Assembly (NCBI GenBank): GCA_002269645.1
Contig: NIVC01000618.1
Location: 1 to 64,000, forward strand
DNA: 64,000 bases
Direction of reading: 5' to 3'
DNA from: Macrostomum lignano
Taxonomy: Eukaryota
The translations under genes were made by a program, and so were the position numbers. The notes under the pieces are model-generated. The model had not been told where the DNA came from. It saw nothing but the letters and a program-made list of their open reading frames with translations, and ran no database searches. Position 1 is the first letter of the stretch. The number at the start of each line of letters is the position of its first letter. This document shows positions 12,713 through 25,375 of the stretch, piece after piece.

Positions 12713-14107
12713 GTTTGGAATCTACATTTGGCGTTCACATTTAAAATCTGGTGTAGGAAAGAACTTAAATTCGAGCCAAGATTTTAGCAAGCTGTTCTCT
12801 AACAGTTCATTTTGGCCGCTCTTAGCTTTGAGAACTGGGCAGTTGCTACGGTCTATAATAGAACAAAGGCTATCAACTTACAGTACGAAAGCATTAACAT
12901 TGACTTTGCAGAGCTCTGTTTGCTCGTCTTTGCAAAGCCGGGAAAAATTTTCTGGAGGTTTTATCGGGTGCAGGCAAGTTTATGTATATTTAAGTAAATA
13001 TAGTGAGGGAACAGTGCGCGTGGGGGTGTACAGTGCTGCGCTGGCTTGATTGGCAAAGTTGAAGTGGCCCTGGCTAGGGAGGCGGTGGGTGGTCTCAGCT
13101 TGAAGTGATACATTTTGGCTCTAGAAAGCTCCCATCCAGATTGAATGTATTTTAACCAATGAATGCGCTCCAAATAGCAAAAGCTGAGGACACGACCCCA
13201 ACCTCAACCAATGAAAAGCAGTTATGTACCATCCAATGCGATCAAGACTGAAAAGTACTATAAAAGCTCATGTTAACCAAGCAAGAAGCTCGCCTTTTGC
13301 TCGCTCCGCCTCTCCTCGCCCTTGCCTCTCCTTCGCCATTCTCCTAGCTTACCTCGTTTGACTATTTTGATTGACACAGTTAGGGTCTCAACCCAAACAC
13401 CAAAACTTATAAGTCGACTTACTAAAGCCAAACCAACACCCAATCCACGTTTCACAATAGACTGAACCTTCGGTTCATCCGAACAACTAGAAACACCTTG
13501 TGACTTAAATCGAACGAGCTTCTTATTTGGAATTCCACCTTAGACATTATATTTTGTGAGAAAACATCTCGAGATTGTGACCATCAAATACAACGGTCTG
13601 TAAGTTACCATCAAGTGTTTGCATCATCAGGAAAAGTCAGTTGAATCCGCCGCCTCAGTTATTTGGCTCTCACATTGATATTTGAAGTAGAACAAGAGCC
13701 ATAGAAGTGAGAGACCAGAAGAAGAACAAGAACATATATTTTAAAATATTTCAAGCTCAGGCAGTCTATTTGAACCCTTCAAACCAATTCAGAGCAGCTC
13801 CAGTCCGATTCCAGCGCGAACTTTTCTCTCCATTCTCATGGACATGTGAGTGCCCTGTGTTCAATATAAAATGTCTTCAATGAGCCGCCCCCCAACCTCC
13901 GCGTACCGATTGGTCCTCAGCTATCATCTGTCCAGCAAGGGAGAGCCAGAACAGTGCGCAGTTAAAAGGCTCAGGACCCCTCAACTCCGACTCACACAGC
14001 CTCTCCTAAGCAATCATCTTTTTCTTACTGCACTAAGCAGCCAGACTGTGTTACCAGCAACAGTTCTAACATCCAACAGGTTTCTGGACGCATCAAAGTC
14101 TGCAGGA

Positions 14108-17100
14108 ATGATGCTTCAGCAGCCACCGCAACAGCAGCAGGCTCGTTCTTACGTTGCCACTTCCTCATTCTACACCGACAATTTCTCAGCGCCGCCAGGT
14201 TACAACGTCGCTCGCCTGTGCCTGACAAGACAACGAAGATACCAGCTGCTCAGGCTGGGGTTCGCGATGCTCAGTCTTGTGCTGCTGTGCGGTGCCGCTG
14301 TTGGATGCGTGTGGCTCGTCAGCGGCCGTGTCGGCTCCTGGCCCGACTACTTGACGCAATCCAGTCGCCGTAACCATAATCAACTGAAGTCTGCTCTGGG
14401 TGATGAAGCCGAGGAAGCCGATCTTGACCGACCGAGCGAGGACGGTCGAAAATATTTCGCTTCAAATCTGAGCACCCTGATGGCTGGCGGCTGGCCTCCT
14501 GAGGCCAGGTTTCACCGTGAGCACTGCCAGCTGCCGTCTGGAGGCGTGCGAGTGACGTGGGACAGAGTGACACGGGGCAGAGAGTGACATGGGACAGAGA
14601 GTGACATTGAACAGAGAGTGACATTGAACAGAGAGTGACATTGAACAGAGAGTGACATTGAACAGAGAGTGACATTGAATAGAGAGTGACATTGAACAGA
14701 GAGTGACATTGAACAGAGAGTGACATTGAACAGTGACATGGGACAGAGAGTGACATAAGACAGAGAGTGACATGGGGTAGAGAGTGGCAGAGATTTGCCC
14801 CAGTCTAATAGTAACTGATTACATCCAATCTTGAAGGCGGATATTACCCTAGCAATTACTATCGTTATTAAGATAATAAAAATGGCCTGATACAGCCTCG
14901 AAATTGCAAAATTCATTTTCAGCCACGCCATTTCAATCCACTGTCGCAGTCCTCAACGACACCGTCTACTGCGACGCCCCGCTGCAGAGGACTCCAGACT
15001 GGTGTATGCCGAGCCCACGTGGATGTGCAAAAATATTCGGTAATTACATCCTTAGTTACTCCTTATTAATCTTATTAATTGTGTTTATGGATTCTTTAAT
15101 GATAGATACATTATCTAACTCCTTACTCACATTCCCTACCTGTCACATTCCCTACATGTCGCATTCCCTACCTGTCACATTCCCTACATGTCGCATTCCT
15201 ACCTGTCACATTCCTTACATGTCACATTCCTTACATGTCACATTCCCTACATGTCACATTCCCTACATGTCACATTCCCTACATGTCACATTCCCTACAT
15301 GTCACATTCCCTACAAGTCACATTCCCTGCAAGTCACATTCCCTACATGTCACATTCCCTACATGTCACATTCCCTACCTGTCACATTCCCTACATGTCA
15401 CATTCCCTACATGTCACATTCCTTACATGTGACATTCCCTACATGTCACATTCCTTACATGTTACATTCCCTACATGTCACATTCCCTATAAGTCACATT
15501 CCCTACATGTCACATTCCCTACAAGTCACATTCCCTTACATGTCACATTCCCTACATGTCACATTCCTTACATGTCACATTCCCTACATGTCACATTCCC
15601 TACATGTCACATTCCCTACATGTCACATTCCCTACCTGTCACATTCCCTACCTGTCACATTCCCTACCTGTCACATTCCCTACCTGTCACATTCCCTACA
15701 TGTCACATTCCCTACATGTCACATTCCCTACATGTCACATTCCCTACAAGTCACATTCCCTACAAGTCACATTCCCTACATGTCACATTCTCTACATGTC
15801 ACATTCCCTACATGTCACATTCCCTACAAGTCACATTCCCTACATGTCACATTCCCTACATGTCACATTCCCTACACTAAAATTTGCTTATTTAATTTCA
15901 ACTCCCGTTGAGAGTGGCTTTCGGCTGCAATTAGAATCAAACCGAATTGCAGTGCTTTGTGTAACTGCATCATTTTCCCACTGTATAACTCCGCGCCTTT
16001 AATCTGCAATGCAACGCTCTTTGATGCTCTGTGAACTTACAGAGCTAAGGTGACGCGTGCAACAGGTGCAAAAGAAAAGTACAAAACTGCATGAAAATAA
16101 CAACCCAGATTCGTGTGTGGGGAGTTTTCTGTTGGTGATCGGCGATTCGTGAGATGGGTTGTATTATGATCGTTTTCATTTTCATTGCCCGACTTTACGA
16201 ACAGGAGAGTGGCTATAGAGTAGATAGTGGAAAAAATGAGAGAGTGACCAGACATGAGAGAGTGACCAGACAAAAGAGAGTGACCAGACAGAGAGAGTGA
16301 CCAGACAAGAGAGAGAGAGTGTCCAGACAAGAGAGAGTGACCAGACAAGAGAGAGTGACCAGACAAGAGAGAGTGACCAGACAAGAGAGAGTGACCAGAC
16401 AAGAGAGAGTGACCAGACAAGAGAGAGTGACCAGACAAGAGAGAGTGACCAGACAAGAGAGAGTGACCAGACAAGAGAGAGTGACCAGACAAGAGAGAGT
16501 GACCAGACAAGAGAGAGTGACCAGACAAGAGAGAGTGACCAGACAAGAGAGAGTGACCAGACAAGAGAGAGTGACAAGACAAGAGAGAGTGACCAGACAA
16601 GAGAGAGTGACCAGACAAGAGAGAGTGACCAGACAAGAGAGAGTGACCAGACAAGAGAGAGTGACCAGACAAGAGAGAGTGACCAGACAAGAGAGAGTGA
16701 CCAGACAAGAGAGAGTGACCAGACAAGAGAGAGTGACCAGACAAGAGAGAGTGACCAAACAAGAGAGAGTGACTAGAAAAGAGAATAACATTCGTGACTA
16801 GACAATAATGACCAGACAAGAGAGAGTGACAATACGTTAGATAGTGAGTGACCAGACACGAGTGACAATGCACAACAGAGTGACAATACACGAGACAATA
16901 CACTAGAGGAGTGACTAGATATGAGATGGAGTAACATATTGTAAGCAAGCTAATTTCCCCAGAGTAGTGCAAAAATGCATTGAATTGGCTAGTTCGATCT
17001 GTAGGGAAGGTTCCACAAAAGAAGCCAAATTGAATTCCTACCCTGATTTATTTCAATCGTTTTCCCACTTTCGTTATAGAGATATTTTTGTATCCACCAG

Positions 17101-20100
17101 CTCCCCTGTACTCGTGGCTCAGCCAAAAGCCTATCAGATTTCAATAGCGCCCAGCTATTCTCTCTCACCATCCAATCTTTTTGCCTCATCTGGATAGAAG
17201 TTTTTGGAATCATGTTTTTGGCCCAGTAGGGGACAGGGAAGATCAGCTGTAGCAACCACCGGGGGGGGGGGTTAACTTGCAGTTTGACTGCGGGGGGGGG
17301 GTTAATTAGGAGCTGAGGAATAGGCATCGATCTGGAACACAGTTGCTGGCCAGGGGTTCTATTTCAATGCAAATTGGGTGTCCTCAGGGCTTTTTAGTGC
17401 TGTACGAGCGTAGTAATACATTTCTAATGTCCTTCAGATGTGCTTGTATCTAAAATAAGAAATTGACTCTGAGGTCAGCTGCACAGTTACCTGCATCTCA
17501 GGTGTACAGTTACCTGCATCTCAGGTGTACAGTTACCTGCATCTCAGGTGTACAGTTACCTGCATCTCAGGTGTACAGTTACCTGCATCTCAGGTGTACA
17601 GTTACCTACATCTCAGGTGTACAGTTACCTACATCTCAGGTGTGCAGTTACCTACATCTCAGGTGTACAGTTACCTACATCTCAGGTGTACAGTTACCTG
17701 CATCTCAGGTGTACAGTTACCTGCATCTCAGGTGTACAGTTACCTACATCTCAGGTGTGCAGTTACCTACATCTCAGGTGTACAGTTACCTGCATCTCAG
17801 GTGTACAGTTACCTGCATCTCAGGTGTACAGTAACCTCATCATCCTCGTCTCACCCAGCCTGCTCCAAAGCCCCTGCTCTCCATTTCCGCATGTGCCCCG
17901 CAGTGTCGGAGACTCCGGCCGGCTGCCATTCAGCGACGCCACCAGCAGCCCGCTCGAGGAGCTGCTGATCAGTCGGCACCAGGAGATGCACGGCGAGTAT
18001 CCCGTTGTTGGCGACTCGTGCGGCCGCCTGTCTGACCGTCGCAACAACGTGCTGCTGCTGTGCGAGCTGATGCTTGACGAGGAGGCCAGGGCGGCGGGGC
18101 TGGCGAACTCCAAGCAGGGCCGCCTGCATGGATTGCATTTTCGGGCTTCGTCAGTTCATGTGAGAACTGGGTGCTGCTACCTGCGTGTACAATGCAGTGC
18201 TCTGTGTGTACAATGCAGTGCTCTGTGTGTACAATGCAGTGCTCTGTGTGTACAATGCAGTGCTCTGTGTGTACAATGCAGTGCTCTGTGTGTACAATGC
18301 AGTGCTCTGTGTGTACAATGTAGTGCCCTGTGTGTACAATGCAGTGCTCTGTGTGGATATTGCAGTGCTCTGTGTGTACAATGCAGTGCCCTGTGTGTAC
18401 AATGCAGTGCTCTGTGTGGATATTGCAGTGCTCTGTGTGTACAATGCAGTGCCCTGTGTGTACAATGCAGTGCCCTGTGTGTACAATGCAGTGCCCTGTG
18501 TCTACAATGCAGTGCCCTGTGTGTACAATGCAGTGCCCTGTGTGTACAATGCAGTGCCCTGTGTGTACAATGCAGTGCCCTGTGTGTACAATGCAGTGCC
18601 CTGTGTGTACAATGCAGTGCCCTGTGTGTACAATGCAGTGCCCTGTGTGTACAATGCAGTGCCCTGTGTGTACAATGCAGTGCTCTGTTGCTTCAACCCC
18701 GCAGATACCCTATGGCAACTGTTCATTGCCTGAACAAAAGCGAACAATACTGGTTGGCATGACAACCAGCGACGCCGCATGGTACAAGGAGAATCTCTGG
18801 AAGCCCGGCTTTGTAACAGATATTTTATGTTCATTTTCTGGCTAATTTGCATTTTTCAACAAGTCGCGCAGAGCTTAACTGCTAGATTAGTACACAATCC
18901 TATATGATTTATTACTTGTAGGGGACAGATTGTATGAACGATCCTTCGCTGCAGACTTGCTCATTTATTGGCAATCATTTTATTTTATTCGCGAGCTTAT
19001 TTTATTGTATTGAGAACAATCATATTTGATGTTTTATCTTCTCATCTGCGAATCGATATAGGGCTAATCATGCAATAAATGTTCTGAACATGCTTGGCCA
19101 TTGTTGTTCTGAAAGCGAATCTGAGTCAAAGAGTCAAGGACTGGTGAAGTATTGATTTTATTATCAAAACTTGATTTTAAGTTTTGAATTTTGTGGAGTT
19201 TTGATTTTGTGAAGTTTTGAGCTTTTGAAGTTTTGATTTTGTAAAGTTTTGATTTTGTAAAGTTTTGATTTTGTTGAGTTTTGATTTTGTTGAGTTTTGA
19301 TTTTGTGAAGTTTTGAGCTTTTGAAGTTGTGATTTTGTGAAGTTTTGATTTTGTTGAGTTTTGATTTTGCGGAGTTTTGATTTTGTGAAGTTTTGACTTT
19401 GTGAAGTTTTGATTTTGTGAAGTTTTGATTTTGTGAAGTTTTGATTTTTGAAATTTTGATTTTGTGAAGTTTTGAGCTTTTGAAGTTGTGATTTTGTGAA
19501 GTTTTGAGCTTTTGAAGTTGTGATTTTGTGAAGTTGTGATTTTGTGAAGTTTTGATTTTGTGAAGTTTTGATTTTGTTGAGTTTTGATTTTGTGGAGTTT
19601 TGATTTTGCGGAGTTTTGATTTTGTGAAGTTTTGATTTTGTGGAGTTTTGATTTTGTGAAGTTTTGAGCTTTTGAAGTTGTGATTTTGTGAAGTTGTGAT
19701 TTTGTGAAGTTTTGATTTTGTTGAGTTTTGATTTTGTGGAGTTTTGATTTTGCGGAGTTTTGATTTTGTGGAATTTTGATTTTGCGGAGTTTTGATTTTG
19801 TGAAATTTTGATTTTGTGAAGTTTTGATTTCGTGGAGTTTTGATTTTGTGAAGTTTTGAGCTTTTGAAGTTTTGATTTTGTGAAGTTTTGATTTTGTAAA
19901 GTTTTGATTTTGTTGAGTTTTGATTTTGTGAAGTTTTGAGCTTTTGAAGTTTTGATTTTGTTGAGTTTTGATTTTGCGGAGTTTTGATTTTGTGAAGTTT
20001 TGATTTTGTGAAGTTTTGATTTAGAGCTGGAAGTTTTGATTTAGGGAACTTTTGATTTTGAGAAGTTTTGAGCTTGGCAAAGCGACCCGCGGGCATCGGA

Positions 20101-20430
20101 TAACCTCCTATCCAAGGTGCTTATTGTTTTAAAAGTCCATGAGCGGAGAAAAGGAAAGGCAGCCAGGTTTTCCGAGACAGCTCCAGTTTCAATTTTCCTC
20201 TAGAAGAGAAGCAAGGGCGGTGCAAATAAGTTGAGAGCTGCGGAGACAGACTTACGGAGCTTTCATTCTTCATCCTTGCTGCCGCATCCGTTCTCAGCCT
20301 GAGCAGGGCGAGGAGGACACGGAAAATCGATTGCGAAGGCAAACAAAGGCGTGGGAGGCTCCGGTTGACATCGCCTTGTTCGAGTGGAAGCTCAGCTGCG
20401 GGGAACTGGCTGGCGTGGGAAGAATTTCCT
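14108..20430 (+). CDS. Orphan type II membrane protein, multi-exon, partly resolved: about 14108..14516, 14923..15039, about 17859..18159, 18704..18812, 20298..about 20420; possible last exon near 23750..23846
   Basis: N-terminal cytoplasmic segment, then a TM helix (LGFAMLSLVLLCGAAVGCVWLVSG) and a stem. GC3-rich exons with canonical junctions: C|GTGAGC at 14517, TTTTCAG at 14922, G|GTAATT at 15040, CAT|GTGAGA at 18160, CGCAG at about 18703, TTT|GTAACA at 18813, TTCTCAG at 20297. The exon-3 entry needs a one-base shift or an alternative site. Confidence 0.5.
14550..14785. repeat. 17-bp minisatellite (GTGACATTGAACAGAGA)n
   Basis: Starts just downstream of the exon-1 donor. Confidence 0.9.
15130..15876. 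repeat. 16-bp minisatellite (ATGTCACATTCCCTAC)n
   Basis: Direct inspection; source of the spurious HIPY/VTFPT ORFs. Confidence 0.95.
16236..16790. repeat. 18-bp minisatellite (GAGAGAGTGACCAGACAA)n
   Basis: Near-perfect array with a degenerate tail to about 16930. Confidence 0.95.
17482..17831. repeat. 23-bp minisatellite (ACAGTTACCTGCATCTCAGGTGT)n
   Basis: About 15 copies, ending immediately before the exon-3 acceptor region. Confidence 0.95.
18183..18686. repeat. 21-bp minisatellite (GTGTACAATGCAGTGCCCTGT)n
   Basis: Fills almost the entire intron 18160-18703. Confidence 0.95.
19170..20065. repeat. 16-bp T-rich minisatellite (GAAGTTTTGATTTTGT)n with variants
   Basis: Direct inspection; recurring GAGCTTTT variant blocks. 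Confidence 0.93.
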
Positions 20431-20759
20431 TGCATTTGCTTCCATCTGGTTGTTCCCACCTCTTTCTCTCTCTCTCTCTTTCTCTCTTTGCCCCTAAGAT
20501 GTAGACGAAAAGCAACTATTGCTTTTAGAATCTTCTTGTGCATAATAACATATTATCGCTATAGTACCATTGCTAGCATTACTAGCAATCATCACCCCCC
20601 CGTAAAGTGAAATAGAAATTGTCGATTAATTGTCGAAAGCCTGGTACAGTCAGTGTTGTTAGTTTCTTTGAGATTATGATGTTAAAAGCAAAGGAGCGTC
20701 AGGGCTGAAAGACATCAGCACCCCTTTGAGCCTTGGCATTAAAGCCTCGATCCTTTGAC

Positions 20760-22572
20760 ACTTGGCATCTCAGCAATCCTCCCCGTGAGCTATGGCATCT
20801 CAGCAATCCTCCACGTGAGCCATGGCATCTCAGCAATCCTCCCCGTGAGCCATGGCATCTCAGCAATCCTCCCCGTGAGCCATGGCATCCCAGCAATCCT
20901 CCACGTGAGCCATGGCATCTCAGCAATCCTCCCCGTGAGCCATGGCATCTCAGCAATCCTCCCCGTGAGCCATGGCATCCCAGCAATCCTCTCCGTGAGC
21001 CATGGCATCTCAGCAATCCTCCCCGTGAGCCATGGCATCTCATCAATCCTCCCCGTGAGCCATGGCATCTCAGCAATCCTCCCCGTGAGCCATGGCATCT
21101 CAGCAATCCTCCCCGTGAGCCATGGCATCTCATCAATCCTCCCCGTGAGCCATGGCATCTCATCAATCCTCCCCGTGAGCCATGGCATCTCAGCAATCCT
21201 CCCCGTGAGCCATGGCATCTCAGCAATCCTCCCCGTGAGCCATGGCATCTCATCAATCCTCCCCGTGAGCCATGGCATCTCAGCAATCCTCCCCGTGAGC
21301 CATGGCATCTCATCAATCCTCCCCGTGAGCCATGGCATCTCATCAATCCTCCCCGTGAGCCATGGCATCTCATCAATCCTCCCCGTGAGCCATGGCATCT
21401 CATCAATCCTCCCCGTGAGCCATGGCATCTCAGCAATCCTCCCCGTGAGCCATGGCATCTCAGCAATCCTCCCCGTGAGCCATGGCATCTCATCAATCCT
21501 CCCCGTGAGCCATGGCATCTCAGCAATCCTCCCCGTGAGCCATGGCATCTCATCAATCCTCCCCGTGAGCCATGGCATCTCAGCAATCCTCCCGTGAGCC
21601 ATGGCATCTCATCAATCCTCCCCGTGAACCATGGCATCTCAGCAATCCTCCCCGTGAGCCATGGCATCTCAGCAATCCTCCCCGTGAGCCATGGCATCTC
21701 AGCAATCCTCCCCGTGAGCCATGGCATCTCAGCAATCCTCCCGTGAGCCATGGCATCTCATCAATCCTCCCCGTGAGCCATGGCATCTCAGCAATCCTCC
21801 CCGTGAGCCATGGCATCTCATCAATCCTCCCCGTGAGCCATGGCATCTCAGCAATCCTCCCCGTGAGCCATGGCATCTCATCAATCCTCTCCGTGAACCA
21901 TGGCATCTCAGCAATCCTCCCCGTGAGCCATGGCATCTCAGCAATCCTCCCCGTGAGCCATGGCATCTCAGCAATCCTCCCCGTGAGCCATGGCATCTCA
22001 GCAATCCTCCCCGTGAGCCATGGCATCTCAGCAATCCTCTCCGTGAGCCATGGCATCTCAGCAATCCTCCCCGTGAGCCATGGCATCTCAGCAATCCTCC
22101 CCGTGAGCCATGGCATCTCAGCAATCCTCCCCGTGAGCCATGGCATCTCAGCAATCCTCCCCGTGAGCCATGGCATCTCATCAATCCTCCCCGTGAACCA
22201 TGGCATCTCAGCAATCCTCCCCGTGAGCCATGGCATCTCAGCAATCCTCTCCGTGAGCCATGGCATCTCAGCAATCCTCCCCGTGAGCCATGGCATCTCA
22301 GCAATCCTCCCCGTGAGCCATGGCATCTCAGCAATCCTCTCCGTGAGCCATGGCATCTCAGCAATCCTCCCCGTGAGCCATGGCATCTCAGCAATCCTCC
22401 CCGTGAGCCATGGCATCTCAGCAATCCTCCCCGTGAGCCATGGCATCTCAGTAATCCTCCCCATGAGCCATGGCATCTCATCAATCCTCTCCGTGAGCCA
22501 TGGCATCTCAGCAATCCTCCCCGTGAGCCATGGCATCTCATCAATCCTCCCCGTGAGCCATAGCATCTCAGC
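20760..22572. repeat. 30-bp minisatellite (GAGCCATGGCATCTCAGCAATCCTCCCCGT)n, about 60 copies
   Basis: 30-nt period keeps register with the 60-nt lines; two 1-bp deletions near 21590 and 21740. Confidence 0.97.
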
Positions 22573-22979
22573 AACTCACCTTAAGCCATGGCCTTACTCT
22601 AACCCTAACCCTTACTCTCCCTATGATGTTTTGCCTACCAACAACTCCCATCTCATCCCACAAACAGGCATCCCTTTTTGTTTCTGCTTAATGTTGGAAT
22701 TTTCAGGACAAAAAACTTCAAGTAAAATAGTTTTTTCTACTTAGTATTCTATTTGGTATTATCAGTCGCACTTTACTCTACTAACAAGTAGGAGGTAGTG
22801 GAAAGCCAAAGAGCTAACCATTTTTCTAACAAATTTTTATGTACTTTCGAAACAGGATTTTGCAATAAAAGTTTGCAATATGGACGGGTTTCGCAGTATT
22901 TTGGAATAAAAATTTGGATTTTGCGTGTGAGCGTGTACATTTATAAGTCCTGACGATGCAAAAGTCAGGACCACTGTAC

Positions 22980-23607
22980 GGGAGTGGGTCATTGGGGAGT
23001 AGGTCATTAGGATGTGGGTCATTGGGGAGTGGGTCATTGGGGAGTGGGTCATTGGGGAGTGGGTCATTGGGGAGTGGGTCATTGGGGAGTGGGTCATTGG
23101 TGAGTGGTTCATTGGGGAATGGGTCATTGGTGAGTGGTTCATTGGAGAGTGCGTCATTGGTGAGTGATTCATTGGGGAGTGGTTCATTGGGGAGTGGGTC
23201 ATTGGGGAGTGGGTCATTGGGGAGTGGGTCATTGGGGAGTGAGTCATTGGGGAGTGGGTTATTGGGATGTGGGTCATTGGAGAGTGGGTCATTGGGGAGT
23301 AGGTCATTGGGGAGTGGGTCATTAGGGAGTGGGTCATTGGGGAGTGCGTCATTGGTGAGTGGGTCATTGGGGAGTAGGTCATTGGGGAGTGGGTCATTGG
23401 GGAGTGGGTCATTGGGGAGTGGGTCATTGGGGAGTGGGTCATTGGGGAGTGGGTCATTGGGGAGTGGGTCATTAGGGAGTGGGTCATTGGGGAGTGCGTC
23501 ATTGGTGAGTGGGTCATTGGGGAGTGGGTCATTGGGATGTGGTTCATTTTGGAGTGGGTCATTGGGGAGTGGGTCATTTTGGAGTGGGTCATTTTGGAGT
23601 GGGTCAT
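22980..23607. repeat. 15-bp G-rich minisatellite (GGGGAGTGGGTCATT)n
   Basis: Direct inspection. Confidence 0.95.
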
Positions 23608-24024
23608 TAAAGAGTTTAAATACGTCATACGGAATCTCATCGTTTTTTAACAACTTTAAAATTTTTGTAAAGTACATTTACTGTATATGTGGCAATAGTA
23701 CACATCAGCGCCAGGCCAGTTCCATAGTAAATACAATAAAATCCCCCAGAGACCTATTATTCCTCACATTCGCTGCCGGAGTTCCTCAACTATCATCTGC
23801 TTTTTGATGGGATCGGCAGCACCGAATTCACATCCGACATCACATGAGGCACATTTCGTGTTTCGTTACTAGCAACGTCGTCTCTGTCGCCCTATGCGGT
23901 GCCATGCGCTGTTGCATCCGACAGTCCTCATGGGACTCACGTGACCCCACAATTCATGCTCATAGAGAGTTTGTTTGCAATATTCGTTTGCATGCGCTTC
24001 TACTCATCAATTATGCTATGGCAT

Positions 24025-24790
24025 TACTCACTCACTCACTCACTCACTCACTCACTCACTCACTCACTCACTCACTCACTCACTCACTCACTCACTCACT
24101 CACTCACTCACTCACTGACTGACTCACTGACTCACTGACTCACTGACTCACTCACTCACTGACTGACTCACTCACTCACTGACTCACTGACTCACTCACT
24201 CACTCACTCACTCACTCACTCACTCACTCACTCACTCACTCACTCACTCACTCACTCACTCACTCACTCACTCACTCACTCACTCACTCACTCACTCACT
24301 CACTCACTCACTCACTCACTCACTCACTCATTGACTGACTGACTGACTGACTCACTGACTCACTCACTCACTCACTCACTCACTCACTCACTCACTCACT
24401 CACTCACTCACTCACTCACTCACTCACTCACTCACTCTTGAACTCACTCACTCTTGAACTCACTCAATCTTGAACTCACTCACTCTTAACTCACTCGCTC
24501 TTAACTCACTCGCTCTTAACTCACTCACTCTTGAACTCACTCACTCTTAACTCACTCACTCTTAACTCACTCACTAATAACTCACTCTTAACTCACTCAT
24601 TCTTAACTCACTCACTCTTAACTCACTCACTCTTGAACTCACTCACTCTTAACTCACTCACTCTTAACTCACTCACTCACTCCTAACTCACTCACCCTTA
24701 ACTCACTCACTCTTGAACTCACTCATTCACTCACTCTTGAACTTACTCACTCACTCACTCACTCACTTACTCACTCACTCACTCACTCAC
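24025..24790. repeat. (CACT)n microsatellite grading into CACTCTTAACT variants
   Basis: Pure (CACT)n with CTGA variants 24025-24432; expanded variants 24433-24790. Confidence 0.95.
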
Positions 24791-25375
24791 TCGTAAACTC
24801 GTGAACTCGTAAACTCGTGAACTCGTAAACTCGTGAACTCGTAAACTCGTGAACTCGTAAACTCGTGAACTCGTAAACTCGTGAACTCGTAAACTCGTGA
24901 ACTCGTAAACTCGTGAACTCGTAAACTCGTGAACTCGTAAACTCGTGAACTCGTAAACTCGTGAACTCGTAAACTCGTGAACTCGTAAACTCGTGAACTC
25001 GTAAACTCGTGAACTCGTAAACTCGTGAACTCGTAAACTCGTGAACTCGTAAACTCGTGAACTCGTAAACTCGTGAACTCGTAAACTCGTGAACTCGTAA
25101 ACTCGTGAACTCGTAAACTCGTGAACTCGTAAACTCGTGAACTCGTAAACTCGTGAACTCGTAAACTCGTGAACTCGTAAACTCGTGAACTCGTGAACTC
25201 GTGAACTCGTGAACTCGTGAACTCGTGAACTCGTGAACTCGTGAACTCGTGAACTCGTGAACTCGTAAACTCGTGAACTCGTGAACTCGTGAACTCGTAA
25301 ACTCGTGAACTCGTGAACTCGTGAACTTGTAAACTCATGAACTTGTAACCTCATAAACTTATAAACTCGTGAACT
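24791..25375. repeat. 16-bp higher-order repeat (AACTCGTA-AACTCGTG)n decaying to the 8-mer
   Basis: Direct inspection. Confidence 0.95.

Noticed and set aside
17859-18812. Frizzled-CRD, FAM69/DIPK, GT61 or C16orf89 assignments for the orphan gene
   Set aside because: Each rested on short by-eye matches, some needing extra frameshifts, and they contradict one another.
22600-22612. TAACCCTAACCCT telomere-like seed at the end of the 30-bp array
   Set aside because: Only two units; compatible with chance.
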